From Eledone cirrhosa (lineage: Eukaryota), in NCBI GenBank assembly GCA_964016885.1, contig OZ024740.1, forward strand, positions 428,730,001 through 428,794,000: 64,000 nt of DNA, written 5' to 3'. The notes beneath the pieces were generated by a model that was not told where the DNA came from, ran no database searches, and was given only the letters and a program-made list of their open reading frames with translations. A program made the translations under genes and the position numbers. Shown here one piece after another: positions 1 through 12,539 of this stretch (its first letter is position 1; each line of letters begins with the position of its first letter).

Positions 1-990
1 TTCTGTGATGATGTGTAGAACTATACAAAGTGTAATATATTGAAAGGATAACAAGGACGATTGGTTACTCCTTAATTACATTTATTGGTAGGTGACGCGT
101 GTTTCGCCACTGATCAGCTCAAGGTTCGATCTGTATCGATCCTAGCCGACTCAATGATCCGCAGCTCGACGGACCCTTTAAAATGCTATAAGAAAATGAA
201 ATACATGCTATGTGGTAAAGACAGAAGTTCAAGAGTTTGACAATATGAGTTATTTTGATTGGTGGGAAGGATCAAAGGGATGTACTGGCCTGTATTGTAT
301 GTGGCGGTGGATGTGATGATAAGATGTTGGTCACGGTCGCTGACTGGGATGGGCTGTGGTGTGGGGGTGGCGGATTGGCTTTGGCCTGTAGTGTATGTGG
401 GGGTGGATGAGATGATAAGATGGTGGTGACGGTTGCTGACTGGGATGGGCTGTGGTGTGGGGGAGGTGGGTTGTCGGTAGACGGGTTGGCGTGTGTGGGG
501 TGTGGTTGTGGTGTTGTTGTTTATGGTAGTGGCGTTTGTGGTGGTGTGGTGTATGTGTTGGTGGTGTCGCGTCCATGGGGAGATACATACCTAGTCACTC
601 GTAGTCTCTGACAAATACGTTGTATATATATACACATGCGCATATATACTGATATATATACATACGTACACACCTATATATACACACATACACGCGCCCA
701 CATAGATCCACACATACCTATATCTATATGCATATATACACACATGCATGTGCATGAGCGCGTGTGTATATATATAGAGAGAGTGGGGGAGTATCGGTGG
801 GGGTGGCGTAGAACAAAGATATAGGGGAGGTGAGAGCCAATGGAGATGGTGTTATACATATAGACATACACATACATACACACATACGGATATGCACACA
901 TACACGTGCACACACGTATACATAAACATACCCATACACACACATACATACATATATACACACGCATACATATACATATATATATATATA

Positions 991-1258
991 TATAAATCAG
1001 GAAAGAAGATTGACATGGTTTGCTATACAAAAAAGGTTTTTTAAAAACCTTTTTTGTATAGCAAACCATGTCAATCTTCTTTCCTGATTTATTATTACTC
1101 CAAGTGTTTACAACATAGGAATTACAGCATACTCGCAACATCACTATGGAAACGCCTTGTTGAGTCAAACCAAGACAAGCGTTGATATCATCCACTACCC
1201 GGAGTACCATAACTGGACTACACCTAAGTGGACTGCATATAACTATTATTTGTTACCC

Positions 1259-1260
<2 letters not shown>
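991..1260. repeat. ~100-bp palindrome (991-1092) plus unique tail, between (TA)n tracts
   Basis: ATAAATCAGGAAAGAAGATTGACATGGTTTGCTATACAAAAAAGGTTTTT is followed, after 1 nt, by its reverse complement. Confidence 0.85.
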
Positions 1261-1307
<47 letters not shown>

Positions 1308-2199
1308 CTTATACATATATGTATACGCACATATATATTAAAAAATACTTACATACAGACACACACACTTGCGTTGGTTTGAGAGGGAAGGTACGTGTTG
1401 GCGGTGTTGATGAAGTTAATGGATGTTGAGGTATGGAGTTGTGTCTTGTGGTGGTGGAGTTGTGAGCGACAAAAATATACAGGATTGAATAATACGATGG
1501 GTTACAGGTTAAAAGGTGACATAGGGAACGCGGGGGGGGGGGCATTTATTGACGTATAGCGATGTGTGTTGTGGTCATGGTGGTGGTGGTGCTGGTATGA
1601 TATGTTCAACAAAATGATTACATGATCAGATGTTACGGTGGGTTACAGGGTAAGGACGACGGAGGGCGGATATAACACAGTCGATCTGGGAGTGAGGGAT
1701 GATATGTGTTGATGATGTTAATGATGTTAATGATTGTTGAAGTATGTGGATGTATCTAGTGGTGGCGGTGGTGTTGTGTGCGACAGTACATTTACAGGGT
1801 CGAATTTAACGTGGGGTTGTAGGTTAGGGTGGACAGAGGGAACATGGGGAAGTAAGGTTGCGGGTGTGGGATGGTAGACATAACGATGTGTGCGGTGGTG
1901 GTGGTGGCGATGGTTTGATGTGATCGACATTATATTTACAGGATCAGATGTTACTATGGTTTGCAAGGTAAGACCTGACAGAGAGGACAGATAGAACACA
2001 ATGTTGCAAGGATGAGGGGTGTATGGCGATGTGATTTTTGGTGGGGGTGGTGTATGCGGCATGATATACAAAATACGGGCTTACAAATGGTTACATGCAA
2101 TACAATAAAATAAATTCACTGAGATGGGCGATGGTGAGACGTGCAGAGGTGGTTATTATTATGCTGGGTCATGGTTAGTGTGCGGCCCTCGCCCGAATG

Positions 2200-2620
2200 T
2201 TTGGCCGAAAAAGTGTTCAGCCTAGTGTGTCTGCAATTGACAATTATGTCCGACCTATAGTTTATGGCAGATTTTAATTTAATTATTTCCGCCGCCTCAG
2301 CCAGGCATAACCTGCAGTGGTTTCTGTCACTGGGGAGTTATGCCACGCGTCTTTTCACTGACCACGAGATCTGGGGTTCGATGTTCCTGTCCTTGAGGTC
2401 CCAGATCAAATCGGCCAGTCTGGTTTGGGATCGTTTCAGCCTATGTTTAAAGGAGCTTCTATGGTTATTCCAGCGTTCCTTAAACGTAGGGGATGTCGCA
2501 CCTATATATGAGTACTCTTTATTGCCGGCTGTGACATCACACCGGTAAACAATGTTTTAACGAGGCACTCCCCGTTTAGTGGGCAATCGGCCCGTTTTTT
2601 GCAGTTGCAGTTGGGTGTTA
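2200..2620 (-). pseudogene. PLE GIY-YIG endonuclease remnant (frameshifted)
   Basis: CNCKKRADCPLNGECL, then a frameshift into NIVYRCDVTAGNKEYSYIGATSPTFKERWNNH...IWDLK...CRLCL. Confidence 0.85.
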
Positions 2621-3244
2621 CCGGTGTGGTGGCACGTTGGCGGTTGGTGGCATGCGGTGTGGATCTGGTATGTGGGTTGTTGTGTTGTGTTGTGTGTGTG
2701 GTTTCGTTCTGGGTTATGGTGGTGTTTTGTTGTGGGGCAACCATGTGTTTTCGTATTTTTGTCCTATTAGTGTGTGCTATTAGTGTGTATATATATATAT
2801 ACAACGTATTTGTCAGACTAAGAGTGTCTAGGTATTCCTCTCCACATGGACTCGACACCACCAATACATCCCCCACACCACCACAAACGCCACTACCATA
2901 AACAGCATCACCACAACCACACCCCACACACGCCAACCCGTCTACCGACAACCCACCTCCCCCACACCACAGCCCATCCCAGTCAGCGACCGTCACCACC
3001 ATCTTATCTTCTCATCCACCCCCACATACACTACAGGCCAAAGCCAATCCGCCACCCCCACACCACAGCCCATCCCAGTCAGCGACCGTGACCAACATAT
3101 TATCATCACACCCACCCCCACATACAATACAGGCCAGTACATCCCTTTGATCCTTCCCACCAATCAAAATAACTCATATTGTCAAACTCTTGAACTTCTG
3201 TCTTTACCACATAGCATGTATTTCATTTTCTTATAGCATTTTAA

Positions 3245-3332
3245 AGGGTCCGTCGAGCTGCGGATCATTGAGTCGGCTAGGATCGATACAGATCGAACCT
3301 TGAGCTGATCAGTGGCGAAATGCGCGTCACCT
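3245..3332 (+). ncRNA. Hammerhead-like motif with atypical core (inverse copy at 90-177, - strand)
   Basis: CCGTCGA, stem GCTGCgGATCA/TGATCaGTGGC, GAAA, TGCGCGTC. An alternative minimal reading is CTGATCA-GTGGC-GAAA. AATAAA at 3336. Helix I is weak. Confidence 0.45.
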
Positions 3333-3381
3333 ACCAATAAATGTAATGAAGGAGTAACCAATCGTCTTTGTTATCCTTTCA

Positions 3382-3417
<36 letters not shown>

Positions 3418-3680
3418 ATATATGTGTGTATATATATATATATTTTTTTTTGTTTTTGTTTTTTTTTTGTTTTTATTTGTTTGACCCGAATTACTTGATC
3501 GTTTTTTGAGCTATGCGAATGATTGTTTAACCATCGTCTCAGTGTGTTTGGCCTTTAACGCTTGTTATAGCTCTGGTTCATCTGAATCATTGAGCACTTG
3601 CCACACATCTCGGAGGTTGTTTTTCGTTATTTCATGGACCGAAATGCGATTCTCGATAATTTATGTTTATATATATATAT

Positions 3681-3781
<101 letters not shown>

Positions 3782-4381
3782 TGTATATATGTGTAGTGTA
3801 TGTTCATGTATCTTACGGTAGTTATCGATGGTGAAGAGACTAGATGGAGCAATAACGATCCTGTTTACGTATATTGTGGCCCTCTTCCATTTCCCCATTA
3901 TTTTCTATAAAACAAATAAACTTTTCTCCTTTCCTTCTCAAAGTTTCTTGACAAAGTATAAAACGCTCGAATTCTTGATCTCCCTTTCTTTCACTACAAT
4001 CTTTTCCCATATTTATTCATTCTAAATTTCCTCGTGAAGTACACCATATCTTGTGAAGTGTAACATTTGGGGCGAATGTCGGGGTTTTACTTTCGTGGCG
4101 TCTAGAACTAGAGACATTGTTTTTGGTTTGTGTGTATGTATGAACATATATATCATATATATATATATATATATAGTATTAAGGGTACTATTTATGGTTA
4201 TGTATGCAATAAAACCTTTAATGGTAATATATTATATATACAAACCCTAAATAGTGAGAGATAGTCATTAATTACTATCCTATTACCAGTAAGATAAATA
4301 GCTCAATGTAATAACATCAGTTGTTTTACAGAGCAGTTATATAGAGATTACAGTAATCAAAGTTCAGTTTAAGTCATTTAT

Positions 4382-4430
4382 TTGCTTACAATTGTTTCCT
4401 CCAAACCGAGGTTTGGATTCTTCGGAGCAA
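4382..4430 (-). ncRNA. Type I hammerhead ribozyme in pLTR
   Basis: TTGCT-CCGAAGA-aTCCAAAC ctcg GTTTGGAg-GAAA-CAATT-GTA-AGCAA. Helix I is perfect and helix III is palindromic. Confidence 0.8.
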
Positions 4431-6184
4431 CTATTTACTGATCTATAACATACTTGACCTCCTTTTCAACCCAAGAGACACATAAAACATATGCGCATAT
4501 TGATCAACAGTGGGGTGACATTCATCAAATGATATAGCATGGCAATTTACATATAAAGGTTACAGGATAAAAATAAAATAAAAACAAGAGTGAAAATAAA
4601 GATAAACATGAAGCGTTGGCAGTCTATGAAGATAAAGCAAGAGGAAAGCTTAGAGTAGTCAGTGTATGAAACAATCTCCCGTGTAGCATGCACGCGTGTC
4701 TTATTTATGATTAGAGTGCGTCAGAATGATATTTGCAGGGTCAGGCAGTTGAAGCAGGCAATCGATCTTATTATGTAGGCTGAATTATTAAGTCATTTAT
4801 TCTCATACATCTGTATGATATACCGTCTCGGATGCGGGGAACACCAAAATATCAAAAACTTTCAACATACTATAAACCTTATTGTATCGTAGGCAAGGCC
4901 GTACCACTGTCCTTGCTCACACCACCACTCACATAATCCATGAGACGCAATATATATAGAGAACACGCGTCTATCGTATAATTCGCGGTGGTTCAGCATA
5001 TAGTCAAGCTATAAACCGTATCCAGTCGGTTCTTAATTAATATATCATGCTGTCCAGAATCCGGAAGTGCCTGAATGACTAAGGGGAATTAATGCGTAAG
5101 GGGAGGTAACTAGCTAGTTATCTTAGTTACATTACTATCCTAAACTACATTAATGGTGATTCAAATACGTGCCTATCATGTGAAGTTATAACTAATATCT
5201 AGAGTATGTTACCCATTTATAGGTTAGAGAGTTGTCCATTAAGAAGTACAAGGGTGTATATATTAGGATGATTACCATCCATTAATTAAGGTGTGTCATA
5301 TCTGAACGTTCTATAAGAGGAGTCAGACTCTCAAGTCACTGCTCCATGCAAATGTAATATAACAGTAGGACCTGGTATGGTCCCACTATTATATATGCCA
5401 CCCGGTAGGCTCCGGGTCATTGCATGCCTGCATCTCCAGTAAATCTTCGGTATGGTCCGGAGATCCAATCTCTCATATAAATGCACTAGTCTGGCCATCA
5501 AGCAATAGACAACCCCCGTCTGAAATATAAATCAATTATGTATCACATATACAAGCTAGAGTGGAGTCTATTAATAGGTACTAAAGGAGTTCACATCAAG
5601 ATGATTACGTGCATAATTCATTGAACTGATCGCTTACAGTATATATTCACATAACAATACGATTATCTATCTAATCATCAATCTATCTCTTGGTGGTAAT
5701 CCATGCACAGGACTATGCTATCGCAACCAGTACCGTGTCCCCAATTTATACTAATCTTATATTTGTGCAATGCAGAATAAGTAGTCCACGGTCGAGATAT
5801 CAGTATTAGAGGTACAAGGGGGTATTCCCAGGGTAGGTGGTACTAAAATGCTGTCAGTATTATCTTTAGAGTATAGAGATGGGTGTGGATGTGAGGTGTA
5901 AGGTGTGCTACTGATGTTAATTGCTAGGGGTGGTGCCGGTTCCAGTCTGACATTATTATATATAGGGTTTAAAGTTTTGGAACGAGTGTCGGAAGCGGTG
6001 TTGGCAATTTGCGAACACTTCTGATTTTTTATTAAGGAGATTATGTTTAGAGAAGATGATAGTATGGGTCTCTAGTAGACAGAGGTTACAAAATTTATCA
6101 GGTGGTTTGTACGATGTTGCACTACCTACCACTTCCCATTTAAGTGTATATATTTTATTTTTAGTCTTTAGATAGTGTATGTAG

Positions 6185-8329
6185 CTAGATAGTGAAGTGG
6201 AGTTGGCTAGACTGTTTTTTGAAAGAGTGGAGGTGCGAATTGTATCTAGTTTTGAAGCAGTTAGAAGTGGAGCCTATGTAGGTTTCAGAAGAGCTGTTAG
6301 TTGTGACTGTACATGAGTATATGATATCCTTGGTTAAGCATTTTTTATCTAAAGAGCAGGTTCTACTTGATCTACAGTTACAATTACTCTGGGTGCTAGT
6401 CTGCCGGTTACTATGCTGTGTAGAAGTTTGGATGTTAGCTATAGGGTTATGGTTATGCGGGTTGTGGTACGCAGCGTTAATGTTTACACTAGTGCTATTA
6501 CTATTATTTCCATTGATATTACGGTTATTTGTTATAATGTTACTTTGACTGTTATTTTGAATGTTATTTTGAAGGTTTATCGACCGTTGTGATTTAGTTT
6601 GTTGGAAGTAAGAATTAATTTTTCTTTTATTTGTACTAGCTATGTGGTATGCTAAGTTAGGCGTAGTAGAGTATGAGATCTTAATAGTGTTTTTGTTTAA
6701 AAGGCCGTGGTACCTGTGGCCGGATGGGAAGTGTTTATCTAGTAGTGAGAAGAAAGCCCTAGGAAGGTTGGTAGAGACGTTTAAATTGAAAGGAGGGTTG
6801 AAAAATGTATTATTTCTTCTTCTATTTCTGTTATTTATGTCTGGTGATTTGTTTCCTTTAATGTTCCTATGGTCATTTCTGTGGTGCGGGTTACTCTTGT
6901 TGTTACAATCCCTATTAGTGTGTGTGCAGTTGTTATTCCTATTGTTAAATTTTCCCATGGACATGTTGTGTGAAATGATGTTGTAGCTATGTGTTTTTGT
7001 AGGTAGGAACTCTATCCCTGTATTATGGCCTGATCTAGCTAATGCCTGATTATAATACTGCGAGTTATTGTTAAATGTGTTTATGTCATAGGATAGATTA
7101 GAGATTCTATTAGATACTCCCTTAGAGATAGAGTTCAATATAGATTTAGGGTGGTTAGACTTGGTATCTACGTAGATGAGCTTTTCATTAGGTTTGTGGA
7201 AAGGTCCATATATCATTGAGTCTAAGTAGAGTGTGGCGTCTAGGAAGTTGACGTTTTTGGTGTTTTTGTCCATGGTAATACTAAGGTTAAAGTTTTTGAA
7301 TGTTTTGTGCAATAGTTTTCTAGTCCTTTCTATATTGAATTTTTTATAGTCTATAAGTAGAAGTGCATCGTCGCGATACAAACCACCGCTGAGGTACGGA
7401 AGTTCCCTGTGGATTAGGTTAAGTAAGTATAGGCCAACCAAATCAGTGACCTGCGCCGAGTCACTAGACCCCATAGTAATGTCGAAGTTGTTTTGCGTAT
7501 CTTTGCGGGTCCATAATTGGTCCTCAAAGGTGATTATTGTTTTACGGGCCGCAAGTATGACATCAATCTGGGGTCTAGTCAATTCACTATTGTCCATGGC
7601 CATTATAAGTGCCTTATTTAGTAGGATAGGGGAAATAGAGGTGTAGTAAGAGTTGATATCAAATTGAATAAATTTTTTATCCTTGTTATCTATGATATTT
7701 TTGAACCATTCAATCACTTCACCCGTATTTCCCCATTGCTTAAGATAAATCTTGTGTTTAATCTGTGGGATGATTTTGTCTAGGATTTTTTTACTGATAA
7801 TGCCAATGTCAGACCTGGAGGGGCAGATTAGTCTAATCGAGGGGTTGCTAATGAAGTCTACCTTATGGTCATTCAGAGAGAATCTAGGGGGGTTTGGGGT
7901 GTAAGGTTGTGTATGTCTCTGGAGCTCTAGTTTGGATACTATATTATAGCCTTCCATATTGATATCTTCTAAGTTTTTCGTAGTGGTTTTCTTGTAGCTT
8001 TTATGTAGTTCATTATATATAAACTTTCTATACGTATTATAATCTAGGCTGTATATGTTATTAGTTTTGTCGGCATGTACACAAATTTTACTACTAGTTT
8101 TGAAGTCATTAATAGAGGTGCTAAGTTTGTTTAAGAAGGTGTTGTTTTTATTACGGTGTTTTTTGTATTTAATGTTTTTAACTAGTTTAATTAGGTCGTT
8201 TTCGAAGAGGTTTAGTAGTGTGTTATGAGGGGGGCTTCTAAATGTTTTAAAGCCGAAGGAGTCAAATTTGTTGGTGTTATTATCCTTGCCAGATTTGTTT
8301 CTATCATAATGGAATGTCCTCCATCTCAC
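6185..8329 (-). CDS. PLE reverse transcriptase + GIY-YIG endonuclease (N-terminally truncated; C-terminus continues to ~5990 after a frameshift near 6215)
   Basis: ADKT, FIQFDINSYYTSI, TMGS, LYRDD, NFLD, SNHP; linker CNCRSSRTCSLDKKCL; IIY...YIGSTSNCFKTRY. The shifted frame reads SSYIHYLKTKNKIYTLKWEVVGS...CNLCLLE. Confidence 0.93.
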   Translation of the reverse strand: MRWRTFHYDRNKSGKDNNTNKFDSFGFKTFRSPPHNTLLNLFENDLIKLVKNIKYKKHRNKNNTFLNKLSTSINDFKTSSKICVHADKTNNIYSLDYNTYRKFIYNELHKSYKKTTTKNLEDINMEGYNIVSKLELQRHTQPYTPNPPRFSLNDHKVDFISNPSIRLICPSRSDIGIISKKILDKIIPQIKHKIYLKQWGNTGEVIEWFKNIIDNKDKKFIQFDINSYYTSISPILLNKALIMAMDNSELTRPQIDVILAARKTIITFEDQLWTRKDTQNNFDITMGSSDSAQVTDLVGLYLLNLIHRELPYLSGGLYRDDALLLIDYKKFNIERTRKLLHKTFKNFNLSITMDKNTKNVNFLDATLYLDSMIYGPFHKPNEKLIYVDTKSNHPKSILNSISKGVSNRISNLSYDINTFNNNSQYYNQALARSGHNTGIEFLPTKTHSYNIISHNMSMGKFNNRNNNCTHTNRDCNNKSNPHHRNDHRNIKGNKSPDINNRNRRRNNTFFNPPFNLNVSTNLPRAFFSLLDKHFPSGHRYHGLLNKNTIKISYSTTPNLAYHIASTNKRKINSYFQQTKSQRSINLQNNIQNNSQSNIITNNRNINGNNSNSTSVNINAAYHNPHNHNPIANIQTSTQHSNRQTSTQSNCNCRSSRTCSLDKKCLTKDIIYSCTVTTNSSSETYIGSTSNCFKTRYNSHLHSFKKQSSQLHFTI

Positions 8330-8973
8330 TCTATTGGTAAAGGAGTCTGGACAGCATGATATATTAATTAAGAACCGACTGGATACGGTTTATAGCTTGA
8401 CTATATGCTGAACCACCGCGAATTATACGATAGACGCGTGTTCTCTATATATATTGCGTCTCATGGATTATGTGAGTGGTGGTGTGAGCAAGGACAGTGG
8501 TACGGCCTTGCCTACGATACAATAAGGTTTATAGTATGTTGAAAGTTTTTGATATTTTGGTGTTCCCCGCATCCGAGACTGTATATCATACAGATGTATG
8601 AGAATAAATGACTTAATAATTCAGCCTACATAATAAGATCGATTGCCTGCTTCAACTGCCTGACCCTGCAAATATCATTCTGACGCACTCTAATCATAAA
8701 TAAGACACGCGTGCATGCTACACGGGAGATTGTTTCATACACTGACTACTCTAAGCTTTCCTCTTGCTTTATCTTCATAGACTGCCAACGCTTCATGTTT
8801 ATCTTTATTTTCACTCTTGTTTTTATTTTATTTTTATCCTGTAACCTTTATATGTAAATTGCCATGCTATATCATTTGATGAATGTCACCCCACTGTTGA
8901 TCAATATGCGCATATGTTTTATGTGTCTCTTGGGTTGAAAAGGAGGTCAAGTATGTTATAGATCAGTAAATAG

Positions 8974-9022
8974 TTGCTCCGAAGAATCCAAACCTCGGTT
9001 TGGAGGAAACAATTGTAAGCAA
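8974..9022 (+). ncRNA. Type I hammerhead ribozyme in inverted pLTR
   Basis: Same motif as 4382-4430 on the opposite strand, followed directly by AATAAA. Confidence 0.8.
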
Positions 9023-9074
9023 ATAAATGACTTAAACTGAACTTTGATTACTGTAATCTCTCTCTCTCTCTGTC

Positions 9075-9233
<159 letters not shown>

Positions 9234-9234
9234 T

Positions 9235-10320
9235 AAAAGAGAAAACACAGGTAAGCATTAAGAGAAGGATTTTATCCAGGTATTTACGACCGTTTCATTG
9301 GTAAGTGCAAGCTTATATTGCTATAGTGCAAGCTATACTGCAAATAGCAGCCACTCAATTATAATTGTTGTTCACGTCCAAATTTTCAAAATAGTGAGTA
9401 AGTTACTCTTGAAATAGTTCTTAATATACAGAGAAAAACATTTTTGGGGGAATTGTATTTACTAATGTAGAGAGAGAGGAAGAGGAATTAGAAGGTGAGG
9501 GAACAAACGGAATAGTATAGAGAGAGAGGAAGGGGGAGAAGAGTTAGGAAGTAGAGTGACAAACTGAGATGGAGGCAGGGGTAGAGGGGAAGGATTCCTT
9601 GATCAGTTTTGATATGTAGACTTCATGTCTTCGAATGTAGTGAGTTAAAGAGAATTAAATTAATTGTTTCTACTTTAGGCACAAGGCCAGCAATTACCCA
9701 GTGCATTACTGGTACTTTATTTTATCGACCCCGTAAGGATGAAAGGCAAAGTCAACCTCGGCGGGATTTTAAATTAATGATAGTGGGAGGGATGGAGAGA
9801 GAGAGAGAGAGTGGGGAGGGGGGATATAAAGAGATAAATATATATATAAAAAATAAAGATAAAGATAATAATGACAAAAATAAAAGCAAAGTCGGGGGGG
9901 GGGGGTGGAGAAAAAGAAAAGAAAAGATAGCCAAAAAGGGGAGGGAAGGAAGGAAGAAAACGAAGAAATAGAAGAGTTATGAAGGAGAAGGGAGGGATAT
10001 AGGTATTGGTTTTTGTGGGTAATTAAAAGGGTTTAGATACAATAAGAGGGTATAAAGTCTAAGTATATGCAGTTTGTCAGTTGGTAGTAAGAGTTTAAGG
10101 GTTCGATTTGCAGTTGTAGTTACAATAAATTGATCTTTCGATTTTATTGTTGAGTAACTTATTCTTCGAACTCAAAATGTGGAACAGCTCAAGGTCACAT
10201 AATCGACAGCTTCTCATACCACTCCGATATGGGGGCGCGTTCGAAAAATGTTTCCACTTCAGGGTGTATTGATGATTACTTTCCCTCAGTTGCCAGGTCT
10301 TGTTTGCAAGGGTAGTTACA
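9235..10320 (-). mobile_element. PLE 3' fragment (C-terminus of GIY-YIG plus 3' UTR), with SINE insertion
   Basis: TTLANKTWQLRESNHQYTLKW...CRLCDLELFHIL...LLN aligns by eye with the other PLE C-termini. GAAACGGTC (HHR 3' half only) at ~9288-9296. Confidence 0.75.
9661..9777 (-). mobile_element. SINE family A, 5'-truncated
   Basis: Reverse complement of the conserved body CTTTGCCTTTCATCCTTACGGGGTCGATAAAATAAAGTACCAG and of the tail. Confidence 0.9.
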
Positions 10321-10420
10321 CACCTAACGGTTACCCCTAACCGTACGTTGAAACCGTCCATGAAACTGGCTTTCTTAACCACGAACTGGATCGCAATAAG
10401 CAATTTTCTGCTCCCCTAAC

Positions 10421-10453
<33 letters not shown>

Positions 10454-10565
10454 ATATTTGTGTCTGTGTGCGTGTGTAGTGTATCAGATGGCCTAATTAA
10501 ACTAATTACTCTTTATGATATTAAGTAATTTCTCTCTCTACACACACGCACTCACACTCCATATA

Positions 10566-10674
<109 letters not shown>

Positions 10675-10769
10675 GGGGGGTGAGGGATGAAGAAACAGAT
10701 GAATGACAAGAATGACTTCAATGGTGGTTGGTTTGTTTTAATAAATATATCTTACAGTACCATATATAT

Positions 10770-10778
10770 ATGTGTCTG

Positions 10779-10824
<46 letters not shown>

Positions 10825-10844
10825 TGTGTGTGTGTCTGCGTGTG

Positions 10845-10879
<35 letters not shown>

Positions 10880-10958
10880 GTGCCTGCGTGTGTGTGTGTG
10901 TGTGTGTGTGTGTCTACGTGTGTGTGTCTACGTGTGTGTGTCTACGTGTGTGTGTCTC

Positions 10959-11020
<62 letters not shown>

Positions 11021-11032
11021 TGCGTGTGTGTG

Positions 11033-11067
<35 letters not shown>

Positions 11068-11124
11068 ACCTGCGTGTGTGTGTGTGTGTGTGTCTGTGTG
11101 TGTGTCTCTGCGTGTGTGTGTCTC

Positions 11125-11160
<36 letters not shown>

Positions 11161-11244
11161 TGCGTGCGTGTGTGTGTGTGTGTGTATGTATGTGTGTGTG
11201 TGTGTGTGTGTGTGTCTGCGTGTGTGTGTGTGTGTGTGTGTGTT

Positions 11245-11284
<40 letters not shown>

Positions 11285-11373
11285 TGCGTGTGTGTGTGTG
11301 TGTGTGTATGCGCGTGTGTGTGTGTGTGTGTCTGCGTGTGTGTCTGTGTGTGTGTGTGTGTGTGTGTGTCTGC

Positions 11374-11436
<63 letters not shown>

Positions 11437-11448
11437 TGCGTGTGTGTG

Positions 11449-11481
<33 letters not shown>

Positions 11482-11484
11482 ACC

Positions 11485-11522
<38 letters not shown>

Positions 11523-11635
11523 TCTGCGTGTGTGTGTCTCTGCGTGTGTGTGTCTCTGCGTGTGTGTGTGTGTGTGTGTGTCTGCGTGCGTGTGTGTGTG
11601 TGTGTATGTATGTGTGTGTGTGTGTGTGTGTCTGC

Positions 11636-11670
<35 letters not shown>

Positions 11671-11755
11671 TGCGTGTGTGTGTGTGTGTGTGTCTGCGTG
11701 TGTGTGTGTGTGTGTGTGTCTGCGCGTGTGTGTGTGTGTGGGTGTGCCTGCGTGT

Positions 11756-11834
<79 letters not shown>

Positions 11835-11845
11835 AGTGTGTCTGC

Positions 11846-11905
<60 letters not shown>
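10770..11905. repeat. 1.1-kb interrupted (TG)n microsatellite
   Basis: TG runs punctuated by TCTGCG. Confidence 0.97.
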
Positions 11906-11907
<2 letters not shown>

Positions 11908-12047
11908 TTTGTAGCAGGGAACAGCTTTTCTCTTAAACTTTCAAAACATGTTTGTGCGCCATTTCGATTATTTTTCAATAAATATTTTTCTTATTTCTGT
12001 CTTATCTCTTTCTACCTAGTTTCAAACAATAACAATGGTAGGTGAGT

Positions 12048-12085
12048 ATTAACGTTTCGGGACTTTCACAGCCTATCTTCAGAAT
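12048..12085 (-). ncRNA. Degenerate minimal hammerhead motif
   Basis: ATT-CTGAAGA-(weak stem II)-GAAA-CGTT-AAT. Confidence 0.45.
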
Positions 12086-12112
12086 CAGAATTGTCATAAC
12101 AATGAGGTGAGG

Positions 12113-12472
12113 GTCACGGTCATGATAGTGATGTATTAGTCATGGTCATAATAGTGATGTACTAGTCATGGTCATACTAGTGATGAAATGGTCATGGTCA
12201 TAATAGTGATGTATTGGTCATGGTCATAATAGTGATGTATTGGTCATAATAGTGATGTATTAGTCATAATAGTGATGTATTGGTCATAATAGTGATGTAT
12301 TAGTCATGGTCATAATAGTGATGTATTGGTCATAATAGTGATGTATTAGTCATGGTCATAATAGTGATGTACTAGTCATGGTCATACTAGTGATGAAATG
12401 GTCTTGGTCATAATAGTGATGTATTGGTCATGGTCATAATAATGATGTAATGGTCATGGTCCTAAAAGTGAC
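12113..12472. repeat. Minisatellite with GGTCAT/AATAGTGATGTATT units (21/27 bp)
   Basis: Direct reading. Confidence 0.92.
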
Positions 12473-12539
12473 GTAAGAAGTGGTCGTACATTATCCTAAG
12501 ATTGGTGGACAATCATAGACGCTTGATTTTAAATTTCTT

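Larger units (their letters stand above)
36..3384 (-). mobile_element. 5'-truncated Penelope-like element (Neptune-type): GIY-YIG remnant, long 3' UTR, terminal repeat (36-630) and inverted copy of it (2790-3384)
   Basis: 36-630 is the reverse complement of 2790-3384 with scattered mismatches. An internal minus-strand endonuclease remnant is present. Each repeat has an HHR-like motif followed by AATAAA. The UTR is interrupted by microsatellites (630-1370). Confidence 0.85.
4230..9062 (-). mobile_element. Young Penelope-like element (Neptune-type) with pLTR and a ~715-bp inverted pLTR copy replacing its 5' end
   Basis: 4343-5058 is the almost exact reverse complement of 8346-9062. RT + GIY-YIG ORF lies between them, with (TA)n nearby on both sides. 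Confidence 0.93.

Noticed and set aside
10687-11978. ~350-400-aa Cys/Val or His/Thr ORFs
   Set aside because: Translations of (TG)n.
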